A stretch of 64,000 nucleotides of DNA from an uncultured delta proteobacterium (GCA_963727445.1 CAVSGI010000008.1:480001-544000), one strand, 5' to 3'; shown: positions 24,856 to 36,993, numbered from the stretch's first letter. The notes: a model not told the origin generated them from the letters alone. A program made the numbers and translations.

Positions 24856-25481
24856 AAGAGACGAACCGCCTGCCCCGCCTCGCGATGCTGCTGATCACCG
24901 TGATGATCGCTTGCAACGAGCCAAGGGCCGCCGACTCGTTCCTCTGGGAGGAGACCTTCGAAGAGGTCTGCGACGGCCTGCCCTGCGACTGGGTGCGCGT
25001 CGGCGGAGCTCCCGAGGACGTCCGCTACGTGACCACCTCGTTTCATCCGGGGGAACACGGCATCGCCCTCAGCGGCGACGGCAGCGTCCGGGGTCCCGGC
25101 GGAGAGTCCATGCCCGCGACCTTCGCCATCGGGACCCTCGAAGCGCGCGTGGTGGGTCGCTGCGATGCGGGCGCCGGGGTGGATATCGAGGTGGGGCTGG
25201 AGATGGCCGCCGGCCTCGACGGGGGCGGCGGCTTCGACAACACCACCCCGGCCACCGTCTTCCTCCCCGACAGCTGGGCCGAGGCATCGACCTCGATCCC
25301 CATCACCTCGGCCAGCGCTTTCGTCGACGGGGGCGTCGGGGCCCCGATGATGTTCGGCACCACGGACCTGCGCATCACCTCCGTCCTGCTCACCATGAAC
25401 GGCCCGGGAACCTGCGAAATCGCCGAGATCATCATCGACGACACGGGCATGGCCCGCCGCTCGGTCGACGACGGCTGCTGA
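24852..25481 (+). CDS. Lipoprotein, hypothetical
   Basis: GTG overlapping the upstream stop; lipobox MIAC; paired Cys residues. Confidence 0.7.
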   Translation: MKETNRLPRLAMLLITVMIACNEPRAADSFLWEETFEEVCDGLPCDWVRVGGAPEDVRYVTTSFHPGEHGIALSGDGSVRGPGGESMPATFAIGTLEARVVGRCDAGAGVDIEVGLEMAAGLDGGGGFDNTTPATVFLPDSWAEASTSIPITSASAFVDGGVGAPMMFGTTDLRITSVLLTMNGPGTCEIAEIIIDDTGMARRSVDDGC

Positions 25482-25535
25482 CGGGCAAGTGACTTGCGCC
25501 CACTGGCGGGCGAAACTAGATTGCGCCGCCCCGCC

Positions 25536-26462
25536 ATGCAGCCGGAGCCCGAAATCACCACTGACGACCTCGCACGCGAGGCGCTCGCGTGGGCGACCGA
25601 CGTCGCCTGCGTAGACCCACGTCTGCTCGACGACCCCCACCCGGTGCCGCCGATCGAGTCCCTGAGGGCGCTGCCCATCGAGGTGGTTCGCGATCACATG
25701 GACCGGATCCTGGTTTCGAAGAACGCGGAGGAAGGCCTCGACGCCCTTCATCACATCCGCCTCCTCGACGCGTGGATCCCGGAGGTCGCGGCCATGGTCG
25801 GCTTCGGCGACGGCGAGTGGCGGCACAAGGACGTCTGGAAGCACACCAAGCAGGTGGTGCGCCAGGCCGTGCCGCGCCTCGCCATTCGTTGGGGCGCGCT
25901 CCTGCACGACATCGGCAAGCCCAAGACCCGCAAGATCACGGACAGCGGCGAAGTGACCTTCTACGGCCACGCCGAGGTCGGCGCGTCGATGTTCCGCCGC
26001 CGGGTAGGCAAGCGCCTCGGCTTCGATGGCGAGCTCTTCGACCGCGTCCACTTCCTCATCCTCTATCACCTGCGCGCGAGCCAGTACGATGGCCAGTGGA
26101 CCGACTCCGCGGTGCGCCGCTTCGCGCGCGAGATGGGCGAGGGCCTCGACGATCTGCTCGCGCTCAGTCGCGCCGACATCACCACCAAGCGCCCGGCCCG
26201 CAAGAAGCGAGGGTTGCGCCAGATCAGCGCGCTCGCCGAGCGTATCCGCAAGCTCCAGAAGGAGGATGCGCGGGTGCCGCCGCTCCCCAAGGGACTCGGC
26301 AACGAGATCATGAACGCCTTCGGCGTGCCTCCGTCGCGCCGCCTCGGTGACATCATGAAGGAGCTCGAGCGGCGCTGCGAAGACGGTGACCTCGAATGCG
26401 GTCGGGATGCCGAGTTCTACATCGCGTACCTGCGCGAGCGCGCCGGCGACTTCGAGCTCTGA
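25536..26462 (+). CDS. Stand-alone HD (HDIG) phosphohydrolase resembling the C-terminal half of CCA-adding enzymes
   Basis: IPEV..M, HKDVWKHT, ALLHDIGKPKT, FYGHAEVGA, HLR, WTDSAVRR, RADIT, GNEIM. Confidence 0.88.
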   Translation: MQPEPEITTDDLAREALAWATDVACVDPRLLDDPHPVPPIESLRALPIEVVRDHMDRILVSKNAEEGLDALHHIRLLDAWIPEVAAMVGFGDGEWRHKDVWKHTKQVVRQAVPRLAIRWGALLHDIGKPKTRKITDSGEVTFYGHAEVGASMFRRRVGKRLGFDGELFDRVHFLILYHLRASQYDGQWTDSAVRRFAREMGEGLDDLLALSRADITTKRPARKKRGLRQISALAERIRKLQKEDARVPPLPKGLGNEIMNAFGVPPSRRLGDIMKELERRCEDGDLECGRDAEFYIAYLRERAGDFEL

Positions 26463-26463
26463 G

Positions 26464-27385
26464 GTGGAGCCAATCTGGCGAGCGGAGCGGGCGGTCGACG
26501 AGCGCCTGGCGCGCGCGCTCGTCCGTCGTGTCGCACCGGCGCTGGCCGACGCTCCCTTCGAGCGCTTCGGCGAGGGCTACGACAACGTCGCCTATCTCGT
26601 CGCCCGCGAGTGGGTCTTCCGCTTTCCGCAGCGCGAGATGGCGGGCGGGCTCATGGCGGTGGAGTCCCGGGTCCTTCCGGCCATCGCTCGCCGCCTTCCC
26701 CTCGCCATCCCACTGCCCGAGTGGGTGGGTGCCGCGACCGACCTCCATCCGTGGCCCTACGCCGGTTATCGCCTCCTCTTGGGCACCACCGTCGACCGCG
26801 CCGCGCTGGACGACGAGGGTCGCGCCGCCCTCGCCGAGCCCCTCGGCCTCTTTCTCCGTGCCCTGCACGACACGCCGGCGGAGGCGATAAAAGCCGCCGA
26901 CGTGCCACCGGATCTCTTCGGTCGGATGGACGTCCCGCGGCGCCTCGAGATGACGCGCACGCGGCTCGCGGAGGCCGAGGCGCGCGGCTGCGATCCGCGC
27001 CGACGACTACGCCCCCATCCTCGACGTCGTGGACGAGGGCTTCGCGGTGCGGACAGATGTCCTCTGTCACGGCGACCTCTACGACCGCCACCTCCTGGTC
27101 TCTTCGGATGGCACGCTCAGCGGTGTGATCGACTGGGGCGACGTCCACCGCGGCGATCCTGGCGTCGACCTCGCGGTCGCCCACCGCGTCCTTCCGGCGT
27201 CGGCCCACGACGCGTTCCGCGCGGCCTACGGCCCGATCGACGACGCGCGATGGAACGTCGCGCGCGCCCGCGCCCTCTACCACGCGGCATCGACCCTCTT
27301 CTACGCGCGCGACGTGGGCGATGCGCCTCTCGAACGCGGATGCCTCACGAGCCTTTGCTATCTGAAAGCGGCGGGCGTCAGTTGA
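26464..27385 (+). CDS. Aminoglycoside phosphotransferase (APH)-family kinase (frameshift near 27000)
   Basis: GEGYDN, WVFRFP, FLRALH, then CHGDL, GVIDWGD, GDPGVDLA. Confidence 0.88.
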
Positions 27386-28172
27386 AGGTGAGCGTCGCCG
27401 CGAGCCCCACGCCGTAGAGCGTGTAGTCGTTCGCGAAGCCGAGCACCGAATGGGCCGCGATGCCGAGCCCCCATCGGCGGCCGAGCATCCACTCCTTGCC
27501 GACCGTCAGGTGCAGGCCGAAGCCCGCCGGATCGGTGAGCAGGGCCGTGTCGCCGACGGCGACCTGCATCGCGAGAAAGCTCGCCGAGAGCGACGCGTGG
27601 AGGTTGAGCGGCATCAGGTAATACGCGATGCCGCCGCCGAACATCACCATGGTGAGACCGACGGTGTCGCCGGGCGCCGGAAGGATCGGGCCGTCGTAGT
27701 CCGCCGAGTCGACAATCTGAAAAGTGAACTCGCCGAAGAGGATGAAGTTCTTCGCGATGGCTGCACCGATCTTGATGCCGGCGCCTACCGCCAGGCCCCG
27801 GGCCTGGGTGCCCTGGCCGCTCACGCCCAAGAAACCGAAGCCCACGTGCGGGCGGAGGAAGAAGCCACGGTGCTCCTTCTCCTCCTCCGGCGCGGGTGGT
27901 TCGCCCACCGGGACCACGTCGTCCGTCGCCGCCGCCCCTCCAGCGCTGGCGGTCGCGTCGTATCCCACCGCCGGCTGGCCCGGATAGGCGGGATAGGTCG
28001 ACTGCTCGGGCGGCGGGGGCGGCGGGCCAATCGGCGCATCGGGTGGCGGCGGGGGCGGGCCCTCCGGCGGTGGGGCGTCACCCTCGCCTTCCGGCGCCTC
28101 CTGCGCGCGCGCGACCGGCGTCGCGACCGACAGGAGCGCGGCGAAAAGCAGCGCCGGCCACCCGTGCGTCAT
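27378..28172 (-). CDS. Outer-membrane beta-barrel protein with Pro-rich N-terminal linker
   Basis: Signal peptide ARA-Q, poly-Pro, HRGFFLR..VG.G, VGKEW, terminal ATLTFN. Confidence 0.8.
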   Translation of the reverse strand: MTHGWPALLFAALLSVATPVARAQEAPEGEGDAPPPEGPPPPPPDAPIGPPPPPPEQSTYPAYPGQPAVGYDATASAGGAAATDDVVPVGEPPAPEEEKEHRGFFLRPHVGFGFLGVSGQGTQARGLAVGAGIKIGAAIAKNFILFGEFTFQIVDSADYDGPILPAPGDTVGLTMVMFGGGIAYYLMPLNLHASLSASFLAMQVAVGDTALLTDPAGFGLHLTVGKEWMLGRRWGLGIAAHSVLGFANDYTLYGVGLAATLTFN

Positions 28173-28195
28173 GGATCCGTTGTATCACGCGTCGC

Positions 28196-28789
28196 TCAGA
28201 TGCGGAGGACGAGGGATGCTCGGTAGCCCACGTTGAGGGTCTCTAGTTCGTTACGCAGGCCGTAGCTCTCTTGAAGAATCCGCGCGTACTCGACGCCCGC
28301 TTCGAGGGAGATCCCGACCACGTCGTCGACCATGTAGGTCGCTCCGGCCAGAACACCGCCGCCATAGGCCACGGTTGCGTCGAAGTTCCCGAGGCTCGCG
28401 CGCGCATATCTGCCGACGAGGCGGATCGTCGGCGAAACTCTGCCGCGCGCCGCCGGGAGGATCCACACCTTGAGATCGACAGGGATGGCCAGGCCGACGG
28501 AGTCGAACGAGCCCGCGACGCCTGGCCCGCCGAGGCCACCGAGACCGCCCGTGCCGCCGAGGCCACCGAGACCGCCAAACGACGTGGACGACGAGAACGA
28601 CGCCGAAACCCCGGCGCCAATCGTGATGCGGTCGCTGAGGACAATCCCGAACCGAAACCCCGGACCGACGCTCGCCCCGCTGCCGACGAAGGCGCCCTCG
28701 AGCTCGAGGACTTTGTTGGTTTGGGCCTCGGCGGGAGCCGAGACGTAGGTGAGCGCCGCAATCACGGCGCACTGCACGAGTCGCTTCAT
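28196..28789 (-). CDS. Small outer-membrane beta-barrel protein
   Basis: AAAGGAGG RBS, signal peptide AEA-Q, ~8 amphipathic strands, duplicated GGLGGLGG loop. Confidence 0.75.
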   Translation of the reverse strand: MKRLVQCAVIAALTYVSAPAEAQTNKVLELEGAFVGSGASVGPGFRFGIVLSDRITIGAGVSASFSSSTSFGGLGGLGGTGGLGGLGGPGVAGSFDSVGLAIPVDLKVWILPAARGRVSPTIRLVGRYARASLGNFDATVAYGGGVLAGATYMVDDVVGISLEAGVEYARILQESYGLRNELETLNVGYRASLVLRI

Positions 28790-28965
28790 TCGCACCTCCT
28801 TTGCGCGCGTTCCATCGCAAGTCGGATGCCAAGGAGCTTCTGCCCGGAAACGCCGGATCGACGGTCTTCCGGCGTCGCTTTCGCGTCTCTTCGTCAGCTA
28901 CGAGAGCTCGACTTCGCCGATTCGACAACGCGCAATCGCGGGCTCGTGCGTGTTAGCCTCGACCG

Positions 28966-30566
28966 ATGCAGACCGCGTCGAAGATCGGGCTCCTCGTGCT
29001 CGGTGTTCTGTGGGGATGCGACTCTGGGCCGGGCACCCTCATCGTCGAGCTTCGAACGGACTATCGGCCGGGGGTGGACTTCGGCGCCGTGAGCACCGAG
29101 CTGATCGGTTTTCGAGACCCTCTCTCCGACACGGTCACCACCGCCGACGATTTCTCCATGCAGCGCCGGGTCGCCGAGCTCCCCGATGTGCCGGGCGGCA
29201 CCTACGATCTGCGCCTGAGCCTGCTCTCGGGGCTCGATGGCGACGTCGTCGCCGGCCGCACCCGATCGGTCACCGTGGACGGCCCGACCGCCGTGGTCAT
29301 CGAGATCCTCTCCGGGATGGATGGGGGCGTGGACGGGTGTACGCCGTCCGGGGCCGAGATCTGCAACGGCGTGGACGACGACTGTGACGCGCTCGTGGAC
29401 GAAGGCGCGGACATGGACGGAGACGGCTTCACCTGGTGCGGTGGTGGGATGATCAGCGAGGTCGACTGCGACGACGCGGATCCCAACGCTCACCCGGGCA
29501 ACGTGCTCATCGCTTCGGCGACCGAGGTGTGCGACGGAACGGACAACGACTGCGACGAGAGCGTGGACGAGGACGACGGCTCCGGCACGCTGTGCACCCC
29601 GGGACTCATCTGCATCGATCGGGTGTGTGCAGACGCCAACGACTGCTCGCTTCCGTCGGTGAGCTGCCCAATGGGAGAGTCGTGCGACTTCACCATGACC
29701 CCGCCCCGCTGTGTCCCGGGAGGGTGTACGCCGAGCAGCTGCACCACGCCGGAGGTGTGCAACTCGCTGAGCGGCGTGTGCGGCGTTCCGGGCACCCTCG
29801 GAGAGTCGTGCTTCACCGACGAGGACTGCGCCGGCGGTGCGATCTGCGTGCAAAACTCCGTCCTCGGCGTGTCGACGGGGGTGAGCTCTTGCGCGACCGC
29901 TTGCTGCCGCGACTCGGATTGTCCGATGGGAACGATCTGTTGGGCGTCCATCACCGGCGTCAGCTTCTGCACGGACCCTGCGCTCGTCGACGCGTCGGCC
30001 GGGAGCAGGCCGGGGTCGTCGTGCGCTGACGATTCCGAGTGCGCATCGGGCCGATGCTTCGAAAGCACGTGTCACCGGCCTTGCGGCAACGACGGTGACT
30101 GCGGAGGGGGGAGAGCTGTGTCGTTCAGACGAGCGGCGCCACCGATCTGCTGGGGTGTGGCGCGCCCGGGGGCTCCGTCACTCAGGGCGATGCGGACCTC
30201 GCGGGAGACGGTTGCGCGAGCCGCATGTCCAACGGAACGGCGTGCGCCGGTTTCGACTGTGGGCCTATCTGCATCGGCGCGTGTAAGACCAGCGTCGACT
30301 GTCCCAGCTCGATCGTCGATCTGGACTACTACTGCGGCTTCAGCACCCCTGCCGGCTACGAAACGCCCCTGCGGATGTGCATCCCCAAGCGACACATGGG
30401 TTCGGGCGAGGATGGTGCGAGCTGCAGTGCGAACGGCGACTGCCACGACCTGGCATGCATCAGTGGAGCATGTGCCGACACCTGCTGCTCGAACGCGGAC
30501 TGCCGGCCAGGCGAACACTGCCGTCCCGTGTACATCCGCGGCCAGTGGGAGACCCACTGCCTTTGA
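28966..30566 (+). CDS. Cys-rich lipoprotein with MopE-like metal-binding repeats (frameshifts near 30110-30220)
   Basis: Lipobox LWGC; EICNGVDDDCD..VDE, DGDGF, DCDD, EVCDGTDNDCD; many disulfide-type repeats continuing in ORF 30225..30566. Confidence 0.85.
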
Positions 30567-30572
30567 AGCGCT

Positions 30573-31286
30573 TCAGACGAACCAGAAGGTGAAGCCGAAG
30601 CCGGCGAAGACGTCGCCGCCGATGCCGATGGAGAAGGTGTTCGCTCCGTTGTCGTCGCCGAAAGCGATGCGCGCGCCAGCCTGTCCGTGGATGGAGAAGA
30701 ACTCGGTGGGAAAGATCTCGGCGAAGATGCCGCCGCCGATGCCGAGGTCCCAACGCGTCGCGTCCGGGGTCATGGGGCCGAATGTCTGGTTCTGGATCTG
30801 GAAGTCGATGCTGCCTACCAGGGCGAGGTGACCGCCTTCGAACTCGAAGACGGTGAAGATCCCCGACAGCCCCGTGCCGAAGCCGACGGCGGTGTTTTGA
30901 AGCGCAGCCACGTTGAAGCGGAGCGCGAGCTGCAGGCCGATGGTGTCGGTGGCCTGATAGCGCATCTGCAGCCCCACGAGCCCGCTGAGGAGCCCGTCCG
31001 CGCCCACACCCAGGGTGCCGGCGTCCTGGGCCCCCTGCACCGTGCCCGTCGGGCGGTTGGGGCCGGGATCGAGCTGAACCGTCGTGTCGCCACCCGCCAG
31101 CGACGTCGAGCTGGAGCCGGACGCGGAGCCCGTTCCTTCCATCTCGGCGTCGGCGTTCACGTCGACTTCGCCCGACGTGCCGAGGCCGGTGCTGGTGTCG
31201 TCGCTCTGCGCCGAGGCCAGCGCAGGCGCCCAGAAGAGAAGCGATGCGCCGACGACGGCGCGCAGAAGCGTGGAGTTCTTCATCAT
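30573..31286 (-). CDS. Outer-membrane beta-barrel protein (paralog 2)
   Basis: Signal peptide ASA-Q, amphipathic strands, C-terminal FGFTFWFV. Confidence 0.82.
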   Translation of the reverse strand: MMKNSTLLRAVVGASLLFWAPALASAQSDDTSTGLGTSGEVDVNADAEMEGTGSASGSSSTSLAGGDTTVQLDPGPNRPTGTVQGAQDAGTLGVGADGLLSGLVGLQMRYQATDTIGLQLALRFNVAALQNTAVGFGTGLSGIFTVFEFEGGHLALVGSIDFQIQNQTFGPMTPDATRWDLGIGGGIFAEIFPTEFFSIHGQAGARIAFGDDNGANTFSIGIGGDVFAGFGFTFWFV

Positions 31287-31294
31287 GCGCTCCA

Positions 31295-31892
31295 TCAGCT
31301 GAACCACACGGTGAAGCCGGCCTGACCCCAGAGGCCCGCGCCGAGGTCGAGCGCGAAGCCGTCACCGGTCACGACGAAGTCGAAGGCGCCTCCGTTGCCA
31401 GCCGGGATTCTGACTCTGGACGAACCCGAGGCGAACCCCCGCGCTCGCGAAGAAGGAGAAGTTCTTCATCGCGAACCACTCGCCCATCACGCCGAGCGCG
31501 GCCAGAACGCCGACGTCCTCCGGAGAAGGCGGCGCCATCGGTCCAGGGGCGCCGTTGTTCAGTCTCCGGTAGAGGAAGTCCGCCCCGAAGAGCAGGGAGA
31601 TGTGCCCCACGTCGAAGGGCGCGACCTTCAGCATCCCGTAGATACCAGCGTCGAGACCGAAGGTGTTCGCGTTACCGGCCGTCGCGTAGCCGAGGCCGAA
31701 GGTGCCCATGATCCCGAAGTAGTCCGAAAAGTACGTCCGGAAGTGCAGGCCCGCCGAACCGCCGAGGTTCACGTTGGCCCCGATGCCGATCGCCCCGTTC
31801 TTGTCGGCCCAATCCCCCTGCTGCGCCGACGCCACAGACGGCGTCACCGCGAGGAGAACCAAGCCCAGAAGGGCACTCTTGGTAGTGGTCAC
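31295..31892 (-). CDS. Outer-membrane beta-barrel protein (paralog 1; frameshift near 31400)
   Basis: Signal peptide ASA-Q; corrected C-terminus GQAGFTVWFS*; motifs align with the downstream gene. Confidence 0.8.
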
Positions 31893-31955
31893 GCGTGTAT
31901 GATGCTTGCCTACATCAGCCCACACAAAAAAGCGGCAGCGATTTCGGCCCGCACC

Positions 31956-31993
31956 AAAACGAAGAGCCGGCCCGAAGGCCGGCTCTTTCTCTT
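31956..31993 (-). terminator. Intrinsic terminator downstream of ftsZ (possibly bidirectional)
   Basis: Minus strand AAGAGCCGGCC-TTCG-GGCCGGCTCTT-CGTTTT: 11-bp stem with c(UUCG)g loop. Confidence 0.85.
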
Positions 31994-32018
31994 CAGTACA
32001 GCTGGTTTCTTCGTGCCG

Positions 32019-33259
32019 TTACCCGTCTTGCGACGCGTTTCGGCGTAGATAGGCGGGGATGTCGAGGACGGCCTCGTCGTGCAGGGCCGTGGCGCCGAAG
32101 GCCCGGCTGTGTCGGCCCTCCGCCGAGGCGTGAACCTCGTGGCTCGGCGAGGAGTGGCGGCGGCTCTGCCCGAGGGCGATGGCCTCGCGGGTGGTCTGAC
32201 CCGAGGAGCCTCCGTAGCTCATGCGGGTCCCCATCGGGACCGTGGTGCGGGCCTGTCGGGGCTGGACGTCCACCACCGTGGGCTCGCTCTCGTCGAAGCC
32301 GGTCGCGATGACCGTGACCTTGACCGTCGTCGCTCATGTCCGGGTCGGTGACGACGCCGAAGATGATGTTGGCCTCCTCGTGGGCGGCCTGCTGGATGAG
32401 GCTCGCCGCCTCGTTGATCTCCTTGAGCCGGATGTCGGGGCCCGCGGTGAAGTTGATGAGGACCCCACCCGCGCCGTCGACGCTGACGTCGTCGAGGAGC
32501 GGCGAGTTGATGGCCATCTCCGCGGCTTCGATGGCGCGGCGGTCGCCCTTGGCCGCAGCCGGTGCCCATCAGCGCGCGACCGCTGGTGCTCATGATGGTC
32601 TTCACGTCGGCGAAGTCGACGTTGATCATGCCGGCGTTGACGATGAGGTCGCTGATGCCGCGCACCGCCTGAACCAGCACGTCGTCGGCACGCTGGAAGG
32701 CCTCGAGGAGGCTACAGGTCCTCGTCCTCGAGGTTGCAGAGCTTCTGGTTCGGGATGGTGATGATGGTGTCGACCGACGCCGATGAGCTCGTCGATGCCG
32801 TTGGTCGGCGTTCTTGCTGCGCTTGCGGCCTTCGAAGAGGAAGGGTTGGTCACGACGCCGACCGTGAGCGCGCCGTGATCACGCGCGATCTGCGCGATGA
32901 TCGGCGCCGCGCCGGTGCCCGGTGCCGCCGCCCATGCCGGCGGTCACGAAGACCATGTCGGCGCCCGCGAGCTGCGTCGGCGATGCGCTGCACGTCCTCG
33001 AGCGCCGCCTTGCGGCCGACGTCGGGGTTGCCGCCCGCGCCGAGCCCCTTGGTCAGCTGCGGGCCGAGCTGGATCTTGGTCGGCGCGAGGCTCGTATCGA
33101 GCGCCTGCGCGTCCGTGTTGGCGGCGATGAACTCGACGCCCTCGAGGCCGCTCGGCGATCATGGTGTTGAGCGCGTTGCCGCCGCCGCCGCCCACGCCGA
33201 CGACCTTGATCCGCGCGTGCAGCTCCGCGTCGTCCGCGAACTCGATCGAGATTGCCCAT
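32019..33259 (-). CDS. ftsZ: Cell division GTPase FtsZ (multiple indels)
   Basis: [42 protein letters not shown]-terminal LDIPAYLRR. Confidence 0.95.
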
Positions 33260-33367
33260 TTCTGCTTCCTCCCAGCTGGAGGCTCCCGCTCCCCGTCCGA
33301 CATCGCCTCTGTCGCCGCTCGGGTTCGCCCACCCGTGGTCGGAGTCGTCATTTGCATCAGCCCTGGC

Positions 33368-34611
<1,244 letters not shown>

Positions 34612-34732
34612 TTCGTCGCTTCTCCCGAGGCTCTTGTTCTGCCTTTTCGAGCCATACAGGTCCCCGTTCGAGGTGGCCAAAAAACTGCAAAACTCCAACC
34701 GGATAGGTGGGTTCAGGTGCGATAGTTCCGAG

Positions 34733-35221
34733 GTGGCTCTGATCGCCTGCCCGGAGTGCGAAGGAAAGGTCTCGGACCGCGCCGCGGCGTGTCCCCACTG
34801 CGGATTTCCCTTGCGAGAGGCGCGCATGCACGCGGGCGTGGGCGACGAGGAGAGAGTGCTTCGCGAGGTCTCGCCGGCGCTCTACGGCCGCAACCCCTTC
34901 ATCCACCTCGGCGTCATCGTGCTCTCACTCGTGTTGGTGGGATTGTTCATGTACCTCTACGAGTGGCTGCGCTGCCGCGCGACGCGCTTGATCGTCACCA
35001 CCGAGCGCACGACGCTGCGCACCGGTATCGTCAGCCGGCAGACGAACGAGGTCAGACACTCGGACCTGCGCAACGTGCAGGTGAGACAGACGGCGTTCGA
35101 GCGCATGGTCGGCGTCGGCGAGGTCGAGCTGTCGAGCGCAGGGCAGAGCAACGTGGAGATCGCCGTGGGCGGATTGCCGGATCCGGCGGGGATCGCGGAG
35201 TTGATCCGGCAGTATCGCTAG
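34733..35221 (+). CDS. Zinc-ribbon + TM + bacterial PH-domain protein
   Basis: CPEC...CPHCG, TM segment, VTTERT.LRTGIVSRQT.E, VRQTAFERMVGVGEV. Confidence 0.85.
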   Translation: MALIACPECEGKVSDRAAACPHCGFPLREARMHAGVGDEERVLREVSPALYGRNPFIHLGVIVLSLVLVGLFMYLYEWLRCRATRLIVTTERTTLRTGIVSRQTNEVRHSDLRNVQVRQTAFERMVGVGEVELSSAGQSNVEIAVGGLPDPAGIAELIRQYR

Positions 35222-35571
35222 CGCGCCGACGCGAACGCGGATTCAGGGCGGACGCGCCGCGGATGGGGAACGCGGAGGCCGTGGAAGGCGCGAACGCGGA
35301 TGGGGACGCGGGCGCGGGCGCGGAGGCGCACGCGGATCTTGGCTTCGGGGGGAAGGTGGGGGCGCGTGTGCGAGCGGAGGATGACGTGTGAGCCGGGGCA
35401 ATGAAGCGGGCGTGGGTCGGAGCGGCCGAGAGGGATGCGTGGATGCGGTGGGAGCCGCCCATCGCGTTTCGATCGTCGCGTGAGGTCTCGGGCCGCGGCC
35501 GCTTCGCGGCCTCTGTGGCGGCGCTTCGCGCCTGTGTGGGCGCTCGCGCGCCCGCGATCGTTGGTGAGGCG

Positions 35572-36157
35572 GGCCGAAGTCGCGGACATCGCGCGTTGGG
35601 TCCGAGAGCGGTTCGCAGGCACGGACCGAAGTCGGGGGCATCGCCCGTTGGGTCCGAGAGCGGTGCGCAGGCACGGACCGAAGTCGGGGGCATCGCGCGT
35701 TGGGTCCGAGAGCGGTGCGCATACGCGGGCCGAGGTCCGAGGCATCGCCCGTTGGGTCCGAGAGCGGTGCGTATGGGCGAACCGAAGTCGCGGGCATCGC
35801 GCGGTGGGTCGGAGAGCCGTCCGCCTGCGCGGACCGAAGTCGAAGGCATCGTGCGGTGGCTCGGAGAGCGGTCCGCCTGCGCGGACCGAAGTCGCGGGCA
35901 TCGTGCGGTGGCTCGGAGAGCGGTTCCCCTCCGCGGGCCGAAGTCGGAGGCATCGCCCGTTGGGTGCGAGAGCGGTGCGGCGCGGGCCGAAGTCGGAGGG
36001 ATCGCGCGGTGGGTCCCAGAGCGGTTCGCCTCCGCGGGCCGACGTCCGAGGTACCGCGCGTTGGGTCCGAGAGCGGTTCGCAGGCACGAACCGAAGTCGT
36101 GGGCACCGCGCGTTGGGTCGGAGAGCCGTCCGCCTGCGCGGACCGAACTCGAAGGCG
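35572..36157. repeat. Degenerate 52-bp tandem array, ~11.3 units, each with a CGGTYCGC-N4-RCGRRCCG-type hairpin
   Basis: CCGA(A/G/C) anchors at 35574, 35626, 35678, 35730, 35782, 35834, 35886, 35938, 35987, 36039, 36091, 36143. Confidence 0.93.
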
Positions 36158-36251
36158 TAGTCACGGCACGTCGCCTCCGAAGCGCTGTCGCGATCACCGC
36201 AAGCACTTCCACATCCGCTGAGCAGGACTCGGGCTGGGAGCGCGGGCCGAA

Positions 36252-36280
36252 CTGTCGTCACCCTGTAGGGGTGACGACAG
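36252..36280. promoter_or_regulatory. Perfect 12-bp inverted repeat (operator or hairpin) upstream of the response regulator
   Basis: CTGTCGTCACCC-TGTAG-GGGTGACGACAG. Confidence 0.55.
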
Positions 36281-36399
36281 GGTATTCCCGACTGAATTCA
36301 GAACGCCACCGCGGGGTGATCCAGTTGCGGACAGTGGCATGATGCTTGCCCCCCCCCCGCCCGCGGGTGCTGTACTCGCACCTCGCATTTTGGGGGGCA

Positions 36400-36993
36400 A
36401 TGGAATCAGCCATCGTCATCGTGGAGGACGACGCGAAGTTGCGGCGCTCCTTCGCGCGCGCCATCGCTAGAGAAGGCTACGACGTCATCGAAGTCGAGAG
36501 CGTCCATGATGCGTACGCACTTCGCCGCGAGCCGATCGCTGGCTTCCTCGTCGATTACATGTTGCCGGACGGTTTGGGCACGGACCTGATCCGAGACCTT
36601 CGCGACGACGGGGTTTCGGTCCCCATCCTCCTGGTGACGGCGCATCCGTCGCTCGCACTCGCCGACGAGGCCGCGGCGGGTGGCGCGGCCTTCCATGCGA
36701 AGCCGGTCTCGCCAGCGGCAATCAACGCGCTGCTGGATGCCGCGCGGCCATTCGTTCCCGTCGACATCCGACTTCGCAAAGTGCTTGGACTGAGCAAGCG
36801 GCAACACGATGTGGTGCGTGTTCGCGTCGGAGGCGTGGCGCGTGCGGGCATCGCCGCTGCACTGGACGTTCCCGAGGATACCGTCAAGTCCCGTATCCGC
36901 GAGATCCTCAGAAAGGCACGGAAGCACGGATACGCGGATGACCGACTCGACGATCTCATCGTCGATGCGGAACGCCGCTGGCGCCGAAGCTGA
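36400..36993 (+). CDS. Orphan response regulator, REC + LuxR-like HTH
   Basis: IVIVEDD, LVDYMLPDG.G, LVTA, KP; LSKRQHDV...IAAALDV.EDTVKSRI. Confidence 0.9.
   Translation: MESAIVIVEDDAKLRRSFARAIAREGYDVIEVESVHDAYALRREPIAGFLVDYMLPDGLGTDLIRDLRDDGVSVPILLVTAHPSLALADEAAAGGAAFHAKPVSPAAINALLDAARPFVPVDIRLRKVLGLSKRQHDVVRVRVGGVARAGIAAALDVPEDTVKSRIREILRKARKHGYADDRLDDLIVDAERRWRRS

Noticed and set aside
23235..25481. 748-aa single protein
   Set aside because: Chimera of antisense sequence, a frameshifted exported protein and a separate lipoprotein starting at 24852.
35572..36157. CRISPR array or repeat-protein gene
   Set aside because: No constant-repeat/unique-spacer alternation; the 52-bp period cycles through frames and gives stop-free low-complexity ORFs on both strands.
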